This document shows, piece by piece, positions 13,020 to 26,052 of a stretch of 60,000 bases of DNA. Made by a program: the position numbers and the translations under genes. The stretch lies in assembly GCF_018977255.1 (NCBI RefSeq), contig NW_024704742.1:3412001-3472000 (forward strand), given 5' to 3'. The notes beneath the pieces were generated by a model. That model saw nothing but the letters and a program-made list of their open reading frames with translations, did not search any database and had not been told where the DNA came from. The stretch's first letter is position 1; every line of letters begins with the position of its first letter. Origin of the DNA: Callorhinchus milii (lineage: Eukaryota).

Positions 13020-13560
13020 GAATGTGCATCAAAAGGGTTAGGCACAGTATACTATGATCAGATCAGGACAGTTCGATGTCTGGTATGTGCTGAGTTAGCT
13101 GTTTTTGACTGGGGTCCGCAGTAGAGAACACTACAATTGCCCTCTTCCCTGAGGGTGAAATTCCTAGATTTCCTCTGTTTATCCAGCATTTAGGAGCATC
13201 CAGAATTTGGCAAGTTGTTGGATTCAGTCTTAGCTTTGAAGTCAGTTTTCTGTAGTTCTTAAAAGAAACCTTATGGAAAATCAGCTTCAAAATTAAGGCT
13301 TGTATTTAAGAATTTGCCAAATTCTGGATGCGCTGAAATGTTACATAAATAGTGTAAATCTAGACCCTGTTGGAATTTTACCCTGAGGGTTTCTGGGCTA
13401 GAGGGTGGGGGAAAAAAATCAACCGGCGTCCCTTGTCTTGATCACTATCCAGTAATTGCTGGAGAATGTGTATCCGGGGCAAGAGAATGATCTGATTCAA
13501 ACTGGTACCACTCCAACCCAATAGCGTGTCAGCACCGAGTGTGGTTTATCAATGCTCATC
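13020..13560 (+). mobile_element. Old SINE-like family Y, interrupted by a MITE
   Basis: TGTGCTGAGTTAGCTG..CTACAATTG and GATCACTATCCAG blocks; related pieces at about 18060-18260, 20800-20965(-) and 52210-52510. Confidence 0.6.
13153..13383. mobile_element. PIF/Harbinger (Tourist-like) MITE
   Basis: TIR GGGTGAAATTCC/GGAATTTTACCC; internal IR GCATCCAGAATTTGGCAA/TTGCCAAATTCTGGATGC; 3-bp TSD TGA (13150-13152 and 13384-13386). Confidence 0.85.
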
Positions 13561-14199
13561 TCTAAAGCTAGTAATCTTTTTCGTAGCGTATTTGTAACGG
13601 GAAATCCCATTGTAAATACTGCCTTGAAAGCACATATATCCCACAGATCGCCCATGGTGGCTGGCTGACATTCACACCCGGTCTTCCTCCAGATGGCTAA
13701 GTGCTCAGCTTTAACTCGTTGTAAAGCTCACTGCTTTAACTTACTGAAAAGCTGACCGCTTAACCCAGAGGGAAAAACACCCAGCTTACCTTAACCACCG
13801 CAGCAGCCAAATAGCACTGGCGCACAAAAAATATAAGACGTTACGGTGGGGGTGGTGAGAGGGAAAGAGACACGGTTGAGAGGGGAGAGAACAATAACAA
13901 CATTTCTTTGCGATAATCTCAGCGATAAACTGAAAGTATTTCGAATCTGTCCCGAGTCACTCACACATTGAAGATTTGGAAGTGAATTGAGGGATCGTTT
14001 TTTATCAGATCCATTTTTTGGGGGGGAACAGTTATTTACAATTTACTGCAAAGCACAGCGACAGCAACGGACTGTTGGCCGAGAGATCGGAGCAGAAGGC
14101 TCTGCCGGACGTGGCGGAGGCAGAAAGGAATAACCAGCTCATGACTTCCAAAGGGCATTCAATAAATTACCACATGAAAGACTTCTCTACAACCTGTAG

Positions 14200-14875
14200 T
14201 CATTGGGTATCAAGGGCAAGACATGGACATGGATTTAGACTTGGCTGAAGGGAAGGCAGCAGAGGGTCTTTGTTAGGGGAGCTCGGTCACAGTGAGGAGC
14301 ATTAATAAGCAGGGTGTCTCAGGGATCTGCATTGGGACCCCTTCCTGTTCCTCGTCTATATCAATGTCCTGGATTCACAGACCCGGTGTAAGATGGTTAC
14401 AAATCCCCAGACATCATTCTCAAGCTGTCCAGTGCTCCAGTCAGGCCCTAGAGGCAGTGCTGAGGAGCACGACAAGGAAGATTCCTGGTGTTAAAAGGAA
14501 TGAGCTACGAGAAACGACTAGACAGGCGAGGGCACTTCAAGACCTGACGGAACGACTCGGGAGTGGACCACATAGATGCGTATACCATTTTAAAGGGGAT
14601 TGGAAAAGCAAGCCGAGATCAATACTTTAGGATGTATCATAGCAGTAGAACGAGCGTGCATAGGTTAAGGGCAAATTCAACACTGATATCAGGAAAGTTT
14701 TTTTTTGACCCAGAGGGTAATCCAACGACTGGAACAGGTTGCTGGAACAGGAAAGGTGGAAGAGCCCATGACACTTGACACAGCTTGGTGCTGTGATGGA
14801 GGGAGGAGAGGGTGGGTGTTCCGGAGGGATGAGATCAGGTGGGCCAAAGGGCCTCCTTCGTCCAAACCGATCTTG
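14200..14875 (+). mobile_element. CR1 LINE 3' fragment with internal deletion
   Basis: Degenerate GVPQGSVLGPLLFLIYINDL RT motif at about 14310-14370, LEAV.R.TR.IPG region, and GGGCCAAAGGGCCTCCTTC tail. Confidence 0.8.
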
Positions 14876-16336
14876 TAAGATCTATGATATCCCCTTTGGG
14901 ATGAATTCTTCCCCTTTGCTCAGGCTGACCAGGGTAAGCTAATGAGAGTATCCGGATAGTTTTCCACACAGTTGGTTCATCCTGATATCCTGAATGAGGA
15001 CAGGATGGGAACAGGGGGATTAAGTTGGACGAGGATTTCCTCCCACCACCCACCCCCCCCCACTTCACGGAAAATAAATTGAAACGTCTAAATTTTTGAT
15101 TCAATCAAAACTCCACGTTTCCGGGTGTAGTCAGAACTGATGCACTAAAGATGTGGCTTTGATTCTTGAAGCTGAATTTTAACCAGTACATCCTTGAAAG
15201 AAAATAGCAGTGGGTGAGTGGGTGCACTACAGCAGGTGCAGTCTTTCAGCCATGGCATTAATAGTCGAGGTCTTATCTATTTCTTCGTGTGGATGTTAAG
15301 AACGATCCTGTGAAAAGGCAAGGGAGCTTCTCTTGGTGCCCCGGTTGACAAGCGCAAACTGTTTTTAGCTGCTCGGGTGGCAATTACTCCAATTGTAAGT
15401 TTACGGTGTTAAAATCATAGCAGTGGGGCCATCATGAGGTCACATATCCTGTTGCAAAATCTCTTGCGAGACGAAAATACCCCCTTTAAAAGACAGTCTG
15501 AATCTTTGCAACATGCAAGGCTTCCTCCTCGAATCTAACGTTGCAGCTTTTAATGCCTGAAGAAAGGCAGAGTAAAACAAGCTCTCTTGTTTATCGTTCC
15601 TTACTCTTTGATCCTGTGCGAGGAATTTTTGGATTTCAGCAAAGCATAGGTGCATCCTGTCAGCAACGAGGGGATGAGGATTATGTTCTACAAACAGAGC
15701 CCGTAGGATTGTCAGAGGGTTTCTTTTTACACAATGACGCTAACAAAAGGTAAATCGGAGCGTGTTTTTTTGCCATTTTTGCCCAGCACCTGAGCATTCT
15801 TTACTTTGAAAGCAAAGACTGTGGCCTTTATCTTGTTGAGTTGCAAAGGCAAACGTCCTGGGTATATTGCTCAGTTCGCAAAGACCGTTACTCAAATGCC
15901 AGATATCGTCACGGCCCTGTTAACTCAGTCTCTATTAATCCGAGCAGTGATAGATTTCAACACCAAGTTGTTGAAGCACAGCTTCATAACCGGAATTAGC
16001 TTTCAAAAGCCACTCCACTTCGTCTGACAGTTTCTGTGGAGGAGAGGGTGTCTCCGACTGTGAGTGTGTGTTTCTGCGTCTGTGAGTGTGTCTCTGTGAG
16101 TGAGTGTGTGTCTCTGCTTGTTGAGCGCGTGTCTCTTGAGTGTCTCCCTCCGAGTGCGTGCCCGTGTGCGTACCTGTCTGTGAGTAAGTGCGTCTCTTTC
16201 TCTCTCTCTCTCTGGGTCTCCGTGTGATGGTGGGGCCTGAGAGGTAGGAGGTGGTGACCTTCTGTAGCTCCACAGCCAGAACGCTGGCGAGCAATGCTGT
16301 TCTTTGGCAGATCTCTAAGCCCATCGGGCGCGCATT

Positions 16337-16654
16337 GTGGAGTCCTGTAGCTCAGTGGTTAGAGCACTCGCTTTGCAAGTGAGAGACCTGAGTTCAATTC
16401 CAGGCAGAGGGCCAAACCTTGGGCAAGTTTCCTTACTCCACACAGAGCCTAATAATAATCCCTCAAGAAAAAAAACAATAATAATTGGGTCACTTCAATC
16501 CACGACTGTTTGTGGGACATTGCTGTGTGCAATTGGCTGCCGCGTTCGCCCACAAATATACAGTCAATTCACTTGACAGTGTGTTCTGTGAAGGGCTTTG
16601 GGACGTCCTCCCGACGTGAAAAGCGCTATATCAAATGCAAGGATTATTATTATT
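16337..16654 (+). mobile_element. Full-length tRNA-Ala SINE (short subfamily)
   Basis: Head with TGC anticodon loop, core and (TTA)n tail. Confidence 0.95.
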
Positions 16655-17609
16655 GGTGTGTCCCCACCCCCCCACACCCCGAAACATCTGAATATTAGAG
16701 TTTATCAATAAAGTGCATAAATGTAGGTTGGCCAGTAAAATAAATGTGCCATTCAATAGCACCAACCAGCCCCGCAATTTCCCGCAAAGTTTATCAAATT
16801 TTCCCCGCGATCTCTGGGGAAAATTTTTGCAATTTTCTCCCCCCCCCCACCACCCCACCCCGGTCATCTTTAGTGTGGGAAATGAAATCAACCAACTGTT
16901 CAAAGGGGCAGTGAATGGGATCCTCGTACCATTTGAGTTGAAAATGAAGCAGAGCTGTTATAAAAACGCCTTATAACAATAATAATAATAATATGATACA
17001 TAACAAGGCTGCACTGTAGTGTGGAAACCGCTATCCTTTACGAGAATGGGCAGAATTCACGGCAATAAGCAGACAGCCCGCGCGAGCAAACATCTACAAT
17101 TTTGTTTGTCCACACCGCTGAACACGGTGAGGACTGAGCCAACACCTCCGTTCGCATCGCACAGGACTTGGCTTCGCGCAAAAAAAAAAAACAAGATGTT
17201 TTTGGACCAATACTAATTGCAAAAAGTTAACCTTTTTTAATTCAATTACATTTTTGTCACCTTTGTTAAATATTAACTGGAATATTAATGTTTGCAGTTC
17301 CTGAATACAAAAGTTAACTGAATTTCGCCCCTGGGAATTATGCACCGCAAGATCACATTGAAGTGAATTAATTATCAGATGCTCAGACGTTCGGCATTTC
17401 AAGTCACCAATGAAGGAAAATTAGTTAATAATCTCCAGAGTTCATCCGGTATTTGTTCGGAATTTGTAACATTCCTATTAAGTGTACGGTTGATGAAGCA
17501 AGGAACAGAATAGGGATCAGACAGTAGAGGAGGATATAAAAATGGAGCAGCAATCTGAACAGTCCAAAGCCAGTTGACTATCTATCAGATGTACGTAGCT
17601 AGTCCAGAT

Positions 17610-17990
17610 TGACACTCGAGTGCTGTACTGGGGGTGTGCTGGATTGCCAGCGGTGGCACCCTTCATGAATTAAACTTCATTAATTAAATAAAATTAAATA
17701 ATCATGCATTAAACCGAGGTCCCGTCCTCCTGTTCAGGTGGAAGTTAAAGATCCCATGGCACTGGTCATAAAGCGAAGAGACTTTCTCCAGATGTCTGGC
17801 CAACAATTCCCCGGATGAAATCGGTCACTCACTTCATGTCTGTTTGTTGAGGGATTGACGTGGGCAAATTGGCTGCTACAGTCGCTCACAGGTAAAATCA
17901 CTGCACTTTACAGTATAATCTTTTCAAGCGCTTTGAGACGTCGACGGCAAGATAAGGCGCCGTATGAAATCCCTGGAATTTAGAATTATT
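17610..17990 (+). mobile_element. Deu-domain SINE
   Basis: TTAAACCGAGGTCCC..GTTCAGGTGGAAGTTAAAGATCCCATGGCAC. Confidence 0.8.
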
Positions 17991-18370
17991 ACAACTATTT
18001 GGGAAAAGGAGATGGTGCATCTTTCCCCAAACCTGCTCATTTTCTTTTAGGTTAGGGAGGAGAATATAAGCCACAGTTTCTTCCCCTGTTGCTATCCAGA
18101 GACATTCAGTGAGGACGGGATTGGGTTTGACTGAGTTTACCTATTGCTCCCCCTCCCACGGTCAAATAGCTTGTTGGATGTCAAGCATCACACATAAATA
18201 ATGGACACTTAAGCCATGAGCAACCATCACTTATGCAATTAACTGTCAGTAGAAAGGAAAAGTAGTAAGGGGTACCTCTAAAGAGGAGTAGGGGAGAGAA
18301 GAAAACTCATGCAGAAAAACTGATAGAAAACCAAAATACCGAGAGTTTAATGTTGCTGTAATCGTACTTT

Positions 18371-18750
18371 AATAAATAATAATCCTCGCGTTTGATATAG
18401 CGCCTCATCACGTCTTCGAGACGTCTCTAAGCGCTTCACGGAACATACTGTTAAAGTGAATTGCCTTTTTTTTTTGTGGGTGAAACGCGGCAGCCAATTG
18501 GGCACAGCAGCGTCCCACAAACAGCCGTGGGTTGAAGTGACCAATTCATTATTATTATTTTTTGAAGGAATCATTATCCCCGGAAAAGCGATCCGCCAAT
18601 CGACTAGCAACCGGGTTCCTACTTACTGATAGGTAAACGGAGGCGTGTGGAGTAAGGAAAGTTGCTCAGTGTTTTGCCCTGCCCCAGGAATCGAACCCAG
18701 GTCTCTCGCTTGCGAGGCGAGCGCTCTAACCACTGAGCTACAGGACTCCG
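18371..18750 (-). mobile_element. Full-length tRNA-Ala SINE (long subfamily)
   Basis: CGC anticodon loop; contains the extra GTAAGTAGGAACCCGGTTG.TAGTCGATTGGCGGATCG segment. Confidence 0.95.
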
Positions 18751-21017
18751 CGATGTATAAAAACCTGGGATTTATATAGTGCCCTTCAATGTAGGATAGT
18801 GTCTCAGAGTACTAACATCGGTCAGTATAACGCTGATATTATGATTTACAGCTCCTTAAATAACAGTTTGACATTTTAGAGGAGAGAAAGTAAAAGTGGC
18901 AGATGTTTCAAGAGCTGCATTCTCTCCCTGCCTCTGGTCATGATGCTTAGCATGTATAGATATGATGGTTTAGTGTCTCTGGCCGTTGTCCTTAGATGCG
19001 ATGGTCACTGACTCAGGAATGACAGTCAGAGACAACATAACATTTCGTATCTCTGGACATGGTGGTCAGTATCTTGCGGCATGAAAGGGAGTATAATAAT
19101 AATAATAATAATAATAATCCTTGCATTTGATACAGCACTTCATCACATCGCTGAGACGTCTCAAAGCGCTTCACAGGATATACTGTGCAGTGAATTGGCT
19201 GCATGTTTTGCGGGCGAACGTATTGCTGCTGGAAGGCAAGGCTGCTGTTGGCTGCAGTGCTGCAGTGCGAACTACAACGTCAACCAAAATAGCAACGCTG
19301 GCAAGGGCTGAAGTTAATAAAAGAGCAGAAATAAAGTCGGGCAGCTGCAGAGAAAACTTTAGCAGCTACGGAAAACTTTAAATGCAACAAAAATATTTTT
19401 TCCCTGATACTTTAATTGGACCGGAGATTAGTCAGTTACACAAAACTAAAATAAATTCAAATTGTCAGCGCGAATAGGGTTTAATACTAATGTCTTGCAG
19501 CAGAGCCAAAACGGGGAGCACAGGTGCAAACCAACAGTGTAGGTACAAAGAGCGGATAGTTCAGTCAGTATCAGATTGTGCTTGCAGCAGTATTTGTGAT
19601 TCAAACTTTGAACGCCAAAGCTCAGAGGGTTCGAAATTCCGCTTGGTTTTAGCCTGCGAGGCCATGTTGCCTTAAAACATAAGACCACGCAGAAAATTCT
19701 TAAATTCAGCCTTAATTTGCCCACGAAACACACAGTCGCTGCACTTTAACAGTAAACTCTCTGGAGCGCTTCGAGTCGTTCTTCCCGACATGAAAGCCCC
19801 ACATCAAATGCAAAGATCACCATTAATATAATTTGAAAGACTTTTTAAGGCTTCCAAGCTAGAACTAAACATCGACGAGTAATCAAAATGTGGTGCAATC
19901 GGACATTTCAAAGCACCGGTTTCAAGGCCGTGACGCTTTGATTTGCCGGTGTCATTGGAACAAATGCACACGCATTTCTATCCATTTGCTTCACCGGTTT
20001 CCTTTCGTCATAATGTTCATGATGTTTAAGATTTCACCGGCCAGCCAGAAATAAGAGCTCAATCCTCTCTTCATCAACAGGAACATTCAGACCTTTACTT
20101 AACACTCCAGATTAGCAACTCCAATCTGCTTTGACAGTTTTTTTTTTAAAAAAGAAACCCTTAAACACTTTACAACGTTTCCACAGTCGGATAAAAGATC
20201 TGCTAAATGCAGACAGATAAGGAGGGCCGTTTTTGCTCCATCTATCATTTTAACCTCAGCTCACTCCTCCAAGACTTCAGAAGGCAGGAACTCAAAATAA
20301 CATAGACAAGGTCACAGGAAGAATTTGCACAGACTTCAATACAGAATTGACAAAACAAGCTGGTTCTCTTTCTAGCAGACACCTGCAGCAAGAATTTCTT
20401 CAGTCTCTCAGGGTAGAGATATTGACGGTGAGTGCGAATATCTGGCACGGTTAGAGAACAGCAGCAAACGGGACTTAGCGGCATGAGGAAAATCTGGTTC
20501 TTGTAGGTTTATTACTCGAGCTATTGGCGCAAGGAATACACTTGGCAGAACGGACAAGGTGTATGTTCTTAAAAAGTCCCTTAAAATCTTTCTTCGGAAC
20601 AGACATCTTAAAGTCAAGCCGATCAGAGTTGTGACCATCCTTTAAATGTAATAAAAATTTACGGCAGACAATTTTTTAAGTAGAATTAATCTCCCCCCTC
20701 CCCCCCCACCCCCACCCACCTCGACTCGGAAAACTTGCCGCACGTAGAACTCGGTTATATTTCTCCCCCGCCTCTTTCCGCTCCTGAAAGAGCGAAGTTG
20801 TACTGCAGTACGTTTCTGGGACCACCCTCCGGTGCCTCGCTCAAAGAGCTATTATTTACGTGTGAGCCTGGACAATGAGTTATTCAACCACGAGGGCCGA
20901 GATCATCGCAGCCAGGCCCTAGTTCAGTCCTTGCCCAATGCCCAAACGCTGCAGTTTCCAACATGTCAGTGATCAAAGGCTTGAAATTTCACCTCGTCTC
21001 GGGCCTGCAAGACAACC

Positions 21018-21246
21018 TCGGGTTAAAATTTCAAACGGCGCAGAATTGTAAAACTTTCGTTGAGTCCAGAGCTCATTTGGAAAATCCAGTTCTTTTTTTT
21101 TTTGTTGTTGTTGAAGAACTGCAGGAAACGAACTGCCAAATTAAGACCGGATTTAAGAACTTTCTGCAATTCTGCACAAGCTTCAAAAAAAATCCTTTCA
21201 AGACAAAACGATCTCGCGGGCTAAGATAAGGGGGAATTTTGTGCCC
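21018..21246. mobile_element. Degenerate copy of the Harbinger-like MITE
   Basis: Similar internal blocks to 13153-13383; other copies at about 1760-1950, 32535-32850, 51160-51385 and 59740-59900. Confidence 0.6.
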
Positions 21247-22079
21247 CAGGACTGGAAATCCTGGTTGATTTACTACTCCCCGAGGTGGCCTGCTGTGAAA
21301 TTGCTACCATGTTGGCAGCCAAGCACCGGGATCAATTGACAACAGACAACGTGATCTTCCTCAGTCTGATGCGCTTTTCACGTTGCAGTGTTGCTGACTT
21401 TATAGACGTCGTTCCAGTGTAACACGGGCAACGCTACTAACTCCAGGGGAACTCAGCCTTGGGGTCTTTACAATCGCTCTGGAGGCACAAACAGGGACCT
21501 GCCACCGCATCTCTCGCTAAAGCACCCTAAAACTGGCCAGCGCCAACAATCTTGCGCCACCGGCTTGCACGCAGCCCTTTCCCAAGAGATCAAACAGAAC
21601 ACCAAAGTCTGACCTTACCCAGTGACCCGGTGAGTAATTATAAAAAATAACAATACGTTCGGTATATTGCCTTCCACATCAGGAGTGCATCTCAAAGCCC
21701 TTGACAGAATTTACTGTGAAGCGCGGTGACTATGTATTTTGTCGGCGAACGAGGCAGGCAATTGGCGCACAGCAATGTCCCTCAAACAGCCATTAACTGA
21801 TTGACCAATTTTATTTTGGGGGTGGGAGGAGGGGAATTGTGGCCACAACACCAGGAGAACTTCCTTTCTCTTTAGAGATCCACGGGATCTCTAACGTCCG
21901 CTGGACCTTGGTTTAATGTCTCATTTCACCACCAGTGTTGCCAACCGATCCCGGCTGACACACAAAAATTACGTCCTGATAAACAGTTGGCCTTATATTC
22001 TTGGTTCAAATCACGGTCTGTGCTAATTTTTTTTTAGCTTATTTCAGCGAAGACTGCAGATACAGTTGGCCCTTAATTT

Positions 22080-22392
22080 ATAATAATAATAATAATCCTT
22101 GCATTTGATATAGCGCTTTTCACGTCGGGAGGACGTCCCAAAGCGCTTCACAGAACACACTGTAAAGTGAATTGACTGTATAATTGTGGGCGAACGCGGC
22201 AGCCAATTGCGCACAGCAATGTCCCACAAACAGTCGTAGATTGAAAATGACCAATTTATTATTGTTTTTGGTTTTGGAGGGTTATTATTAGGCTCTGTGT
22301 GGAGTAAGGAAACTTGCCCAAGGTTTCGCCCTCTGCCTGGAATTGAACTCTCTCGCTTGCAAAGCGAGTGCTCTAACCACTGAGCTACAGGA
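22080..22392 (-). mobile_element. tRNA-Ala SINE (short subfamily)
   Basis: Near-identical to the 29283 copy. Confidence 0.95.
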
Positions 22393-24671
22393 AATTCCTC
22401 TCCTTATCCCAGCGATAAGGAGAGGAATTTCCACCCTTTTTCCAAACTTTTCTCTCTACTCTTCTCCAGGAGAGGATGCGGACTCCAGACACGCCGTTTG
22501 GTGAAACGAGCAGCTGATGTAGAGAAAAGGGTGACAACAATCTGCCAGTCATCTGATAAAACAGGGGAATCAATTTGATAGCTGAATCCAACCTATTCCG
22601 CTTGTAAAGCAGAAACAATAATTTGTGTTTCTACATTACTACTGTAAAGGGGTTACGAGCTTCCGTCAATAAATTCTCCTCCCCCCCATACACATCTCTC
22701 TAAGGAAGTTTTTCCTGCGCCCTCTCCGACAATCCTCCAGGTAAATTTGTCATTCGCTTCGCGGCTATTTGCGAGGCATTGCTGCGCACAAACTGGCTGC
22801 CACTTTCGCTCACAAAAATCCTTGCGACTGCACTTTGCAGTGTATCCTGTGAAGCGCTGTGGGACATCCTCCCGACGTGAAAGGCGCTTTTTTTATCAAA
22901 TGTAAGGGTTATCAGAATGGGCCAAAGGGCCAGACGTGTGATCCTTTCACCTTCAGCAAAGCAGCGAACCAGGATACCTCTGTGAAGCAGTGCAAGTCGA
23001 TCCCTGAGTTCTTTGCGTTTTTCTTCCTGTGAAGAAGCACGTTTCTGTCCCATTCTGTGACTTCGACACCCCCCCCCCCGACCCCACAAACCCCACCCAC
23101 CCCCCCCTATCCCTTTCCTACTAGCTCCGTCACAACCAATTTCTAAGGCATCCCACAATGTCTGCGATGGTTTCACAGACCCAACGCTTTCCTTGGGGTT
23201 TGTGGGACACTTCATGCGCTCCTATAGTCAGCTCCCCCTTCCCCTGCTGGGTGCCTGACCCCGTCTATGAAAAGCACCCCATCTGCTCCACCCACCCCCC
23301 TACTCCCCATCTCCCCACCGAGATGTTATCTTGCGTTATTTTAGTCACATTGCGCAACTGTGTGAAGTGGGGGGTGGGGGGCGGTTCTGATTCGAGTGCT
23401 CTATGACACTGTGGATGGCAGAGCACCAGTCGCAATCTGCAGTCGAACCATCTCAATCTGTTCCCGACAACGGGCAAAGCGGAATGAAAGAATCTGGGAA
23501 ATTCTTGCTGGTTCTTCCGATTTGCCCGGAAACTGCCTTCCCACGTAACTGGGAGCTGTACCAGCGTCTGATTTTACATGCTTCACGATGACTCAGGCTG
23601 TAACCCCGCACCCTGTCACTTTCCCGCCAGCTGTACTGTGCCGTTCTCCTCGGGCAGACGTTGACATTTGTGGGGAGGGAAAAAAAAAGAACGCCAATCG
23701 TTCAATTGACTTCGGGCGGAAGAACTAATTCAACATAATAACAGATCTGATAACAGTCCTTGTATTTGATCATGGGCCTTCTCTGTCCTCACTTTGAGAA
23801 GACATCTCAAAGCACTACAGCATTTGCTGCAAAGTGTAATAGACGTGCAGTTTACAGGTGAATGTGGCAGACGATTTGCTCACAGCGATGTCCCACAAAC
23901 CGCAATGAAGCAACTTTATACCTCGGGAATTGCTGGCCGGGATCCCGGGAGAAACTCGCGGCTAAACATCCCGGGTGGAAAGAGAACAGAATTCCACGAA
24001 GCGCCGAGTTCGGAGAGCGATTTGCAAGACACTTGAGGCCAAGTGACCATGGCTTTTTACGAAGTAAGATGATTACCTTGAAGTGTAGGCGGCTCATTGC
24101 ATTACAGGCGCGAGTTCATTGTACAGACCGAACACTCACTGATGCCTGCGGAGGGAGGGGGGAGTCGTGCACACAAGACCGCTTGCAACTTGCATACAAA
24201 TTTCCCATTACATGACGCTTTGCATTATAGATTCAATCCAATTCGCTAAAGGTAATGAAGAATAGCACAAAGGCCACGGAGTAAAATGAACAATTGCTCC
24301 CATTTTCGGGGGATGGTGGTGGGTGGGGGGGGGGGGTGTGGGTGGGTGGGGGATGGGATGGGTGGGAGGCGAGGAAAGCGTTTGATGGACTGGGGCAAAG
24401 TGAACGAGCAGATGTTTCCGCAAAGAATTTCTTAGACGAATTAAATGAAGCATAAAATTACGAATTAAATAGGCTTAGCTGCCAAAAAAAAAAGGTGCAC
24501 AGAGCAAGCAGTCCTCTGCATTGCGTTCCGCTTAAACCGTTTTAAATGTAAAGTTGATCTGTTAAACAGCCAATTCAATTCAGTCAGGATTTTCCCACAG
24601 ACGGCCAATGTAGCTTGACTGGTTGAATTCTGCCCGCAATTCTATATTGCTGAACACTGTAATCTCCTTAC

Positions 24672-24744
24672 CTTCTGTCTGTAGGGACAACAGCATAATC
24701 AGGGACACGGGAATCTGCCAGATTGGATGTGCGAGCCAAACCAT
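24672..24744 (-). CDS. First coding exon (signal peptide) of a cell-surface/secreted protein; best resemblance is latrophilin ADGRL1/ADGRL2
   Basis: Strong Kozak gggATGG. 24 codons plus G, then a phase-1 donor AG|gtaagg. Hydrophobic peptide MVWLAHPIWQIPVSLIMLLSLQTEG aligns by eye with the recalled ADGRL1 signal [24 protein letters not shown] and has the same length and TEG end as ADGRL2. The next exon was not found in the window, so the identity is tentative. Confidence 0.6.
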
Positions 24745-24871
24745 CCCTTTCGGAGCTGTTCTAACCCTGGGAGCGGGTTTCCTTCTCCACGCGTAGGGGG
24801 GGGGGTGGTGGTGGGGGGGCAACACTGCGTCGTTCAGCTGTGAACCTCTAAGCGATTCCCCCCAACGAAGC
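24745..24871 (-). other. 5'UTR part of the same exon
   Basis: Minus-strand acceptor gtaaccgtcttgtcttctgcgtttccatcacag|GCTTCG with a branch-like TAAC and a pyrimidine tract; no ATG between the acceptor and 24744. Confidence 0.45.
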
Positions 24872-24899
24872 CTGTGATGGAAACGCAGAAGACAAGACG

Positions 24900-25830
24900 G
24901 TTACAAACTGGCCCTGTCACCAGCGAGAGAGAGAGAGAGAGAGAGATAGAGAGACGTCTGTTGGGACACCTCATGGGGAGGACAACAGCAGAAGGGTAGC
25001 AAGGCTCTGAATCCACAGCAGGAATGGATTCTCTCGAGTCGGAACATGGACTGCGAAGGTGGGGGATGAGAACACCAGCCCCGGTCTCCAAAAACCAGAA
25101 AAGCAAAAATACCGCTCGTCGCACGAGTGCGAACAGTATCGACCTGGGGTGGCTCGGGTTGAATAATAATAATAATAATAATAATAATCCTTGCACACCT
25201 CCTGGAACAGGCAGTTTAAAAGGGTGCAGACAGTCAGCGAAGCAGCTGAGAGTTCCTCTCTCTCTCTCTCTCTCTCTTTCTCTCCTCCCTCCCTCTCTCT
25301 CTCTCCACTCCGTTCAAGTTTCGCAGAAATCCACATCACTCAACATATTCGCTGCACAGAGAGGAGCCGACACAAACCTTCCCTCCCAATGAGAAGACCA
25401 TCACTTTGTTGCAAGTAAACAATCCCCCCCCCCCCCACCACCCACCACCCAGTCCTGATTGGCCCTGGAGATATTCTGAGCACGTTTTCTTCAGCTTTCC
25501 AAATGCCAAGCTTTCCAAATTGAAATCCTCAGACGCACACACACACACACACACTCACTCACACGCACACAAAATAGGAGGGAGCAAAATTCCACCACTT
25601 GTCCTGGGCACACAGACAATGATTTGTTTTCTCGCTTGCTCCGTCCGTCCGCTCTGGAGTGTTGACTGTCACTGCTGATTTGCTCTCAGGCACGGATTAC
25701 ATGTGATGAGGGGCTGACCTTTATTTTAAGGATTCGCGCATTAAGCCCTCGTAGTAAAGTAACGGAACACAAAAGTCCCCTCACATGTTCAAAGCATCAA
25801 TCAGCCCTCGCAGTACGCAGTCTGCCAAAC
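24900..25830 (-). promoter_or_regulatory. Possible proximal promoter/5' leader region
   Basis: Largely TE-free, moderately CpG-rich, with (GA)n and (CA)n tracts immediately upstream of the signal-peptide exon. Confidence 0.3.
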
Positions 25831-25867
25831 CTTTTTTTTTCTCTCTCTCTCTCTCTCCACTAAACTC

Positions 25868-25897
25868 AGGAGGAGAGAGAGAGAGAGAGTGAGAGAG

Positions 25898-25940
<43 letters not shown>

Positions 25941-25996
25941 AAAAAAAGAAAGAAAAAAAAAAAAAAAAAAAAAAAAGAAAGAAAAAAAAAAAAAAA

Positions 25997-26052
<56 letters not shown>

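Noticed and set aside
15935..16324. ORF with a signal-like start (MGLEICQRTALL..)
   Set aside because: No good donor; runs into (CA/GA)n low-complexity sequence.
24308..24372. G-quadruplex-like G-runs
   Set aside because: Similar G/C homopolymer patches occur throughout the window, so it is not distinctive.
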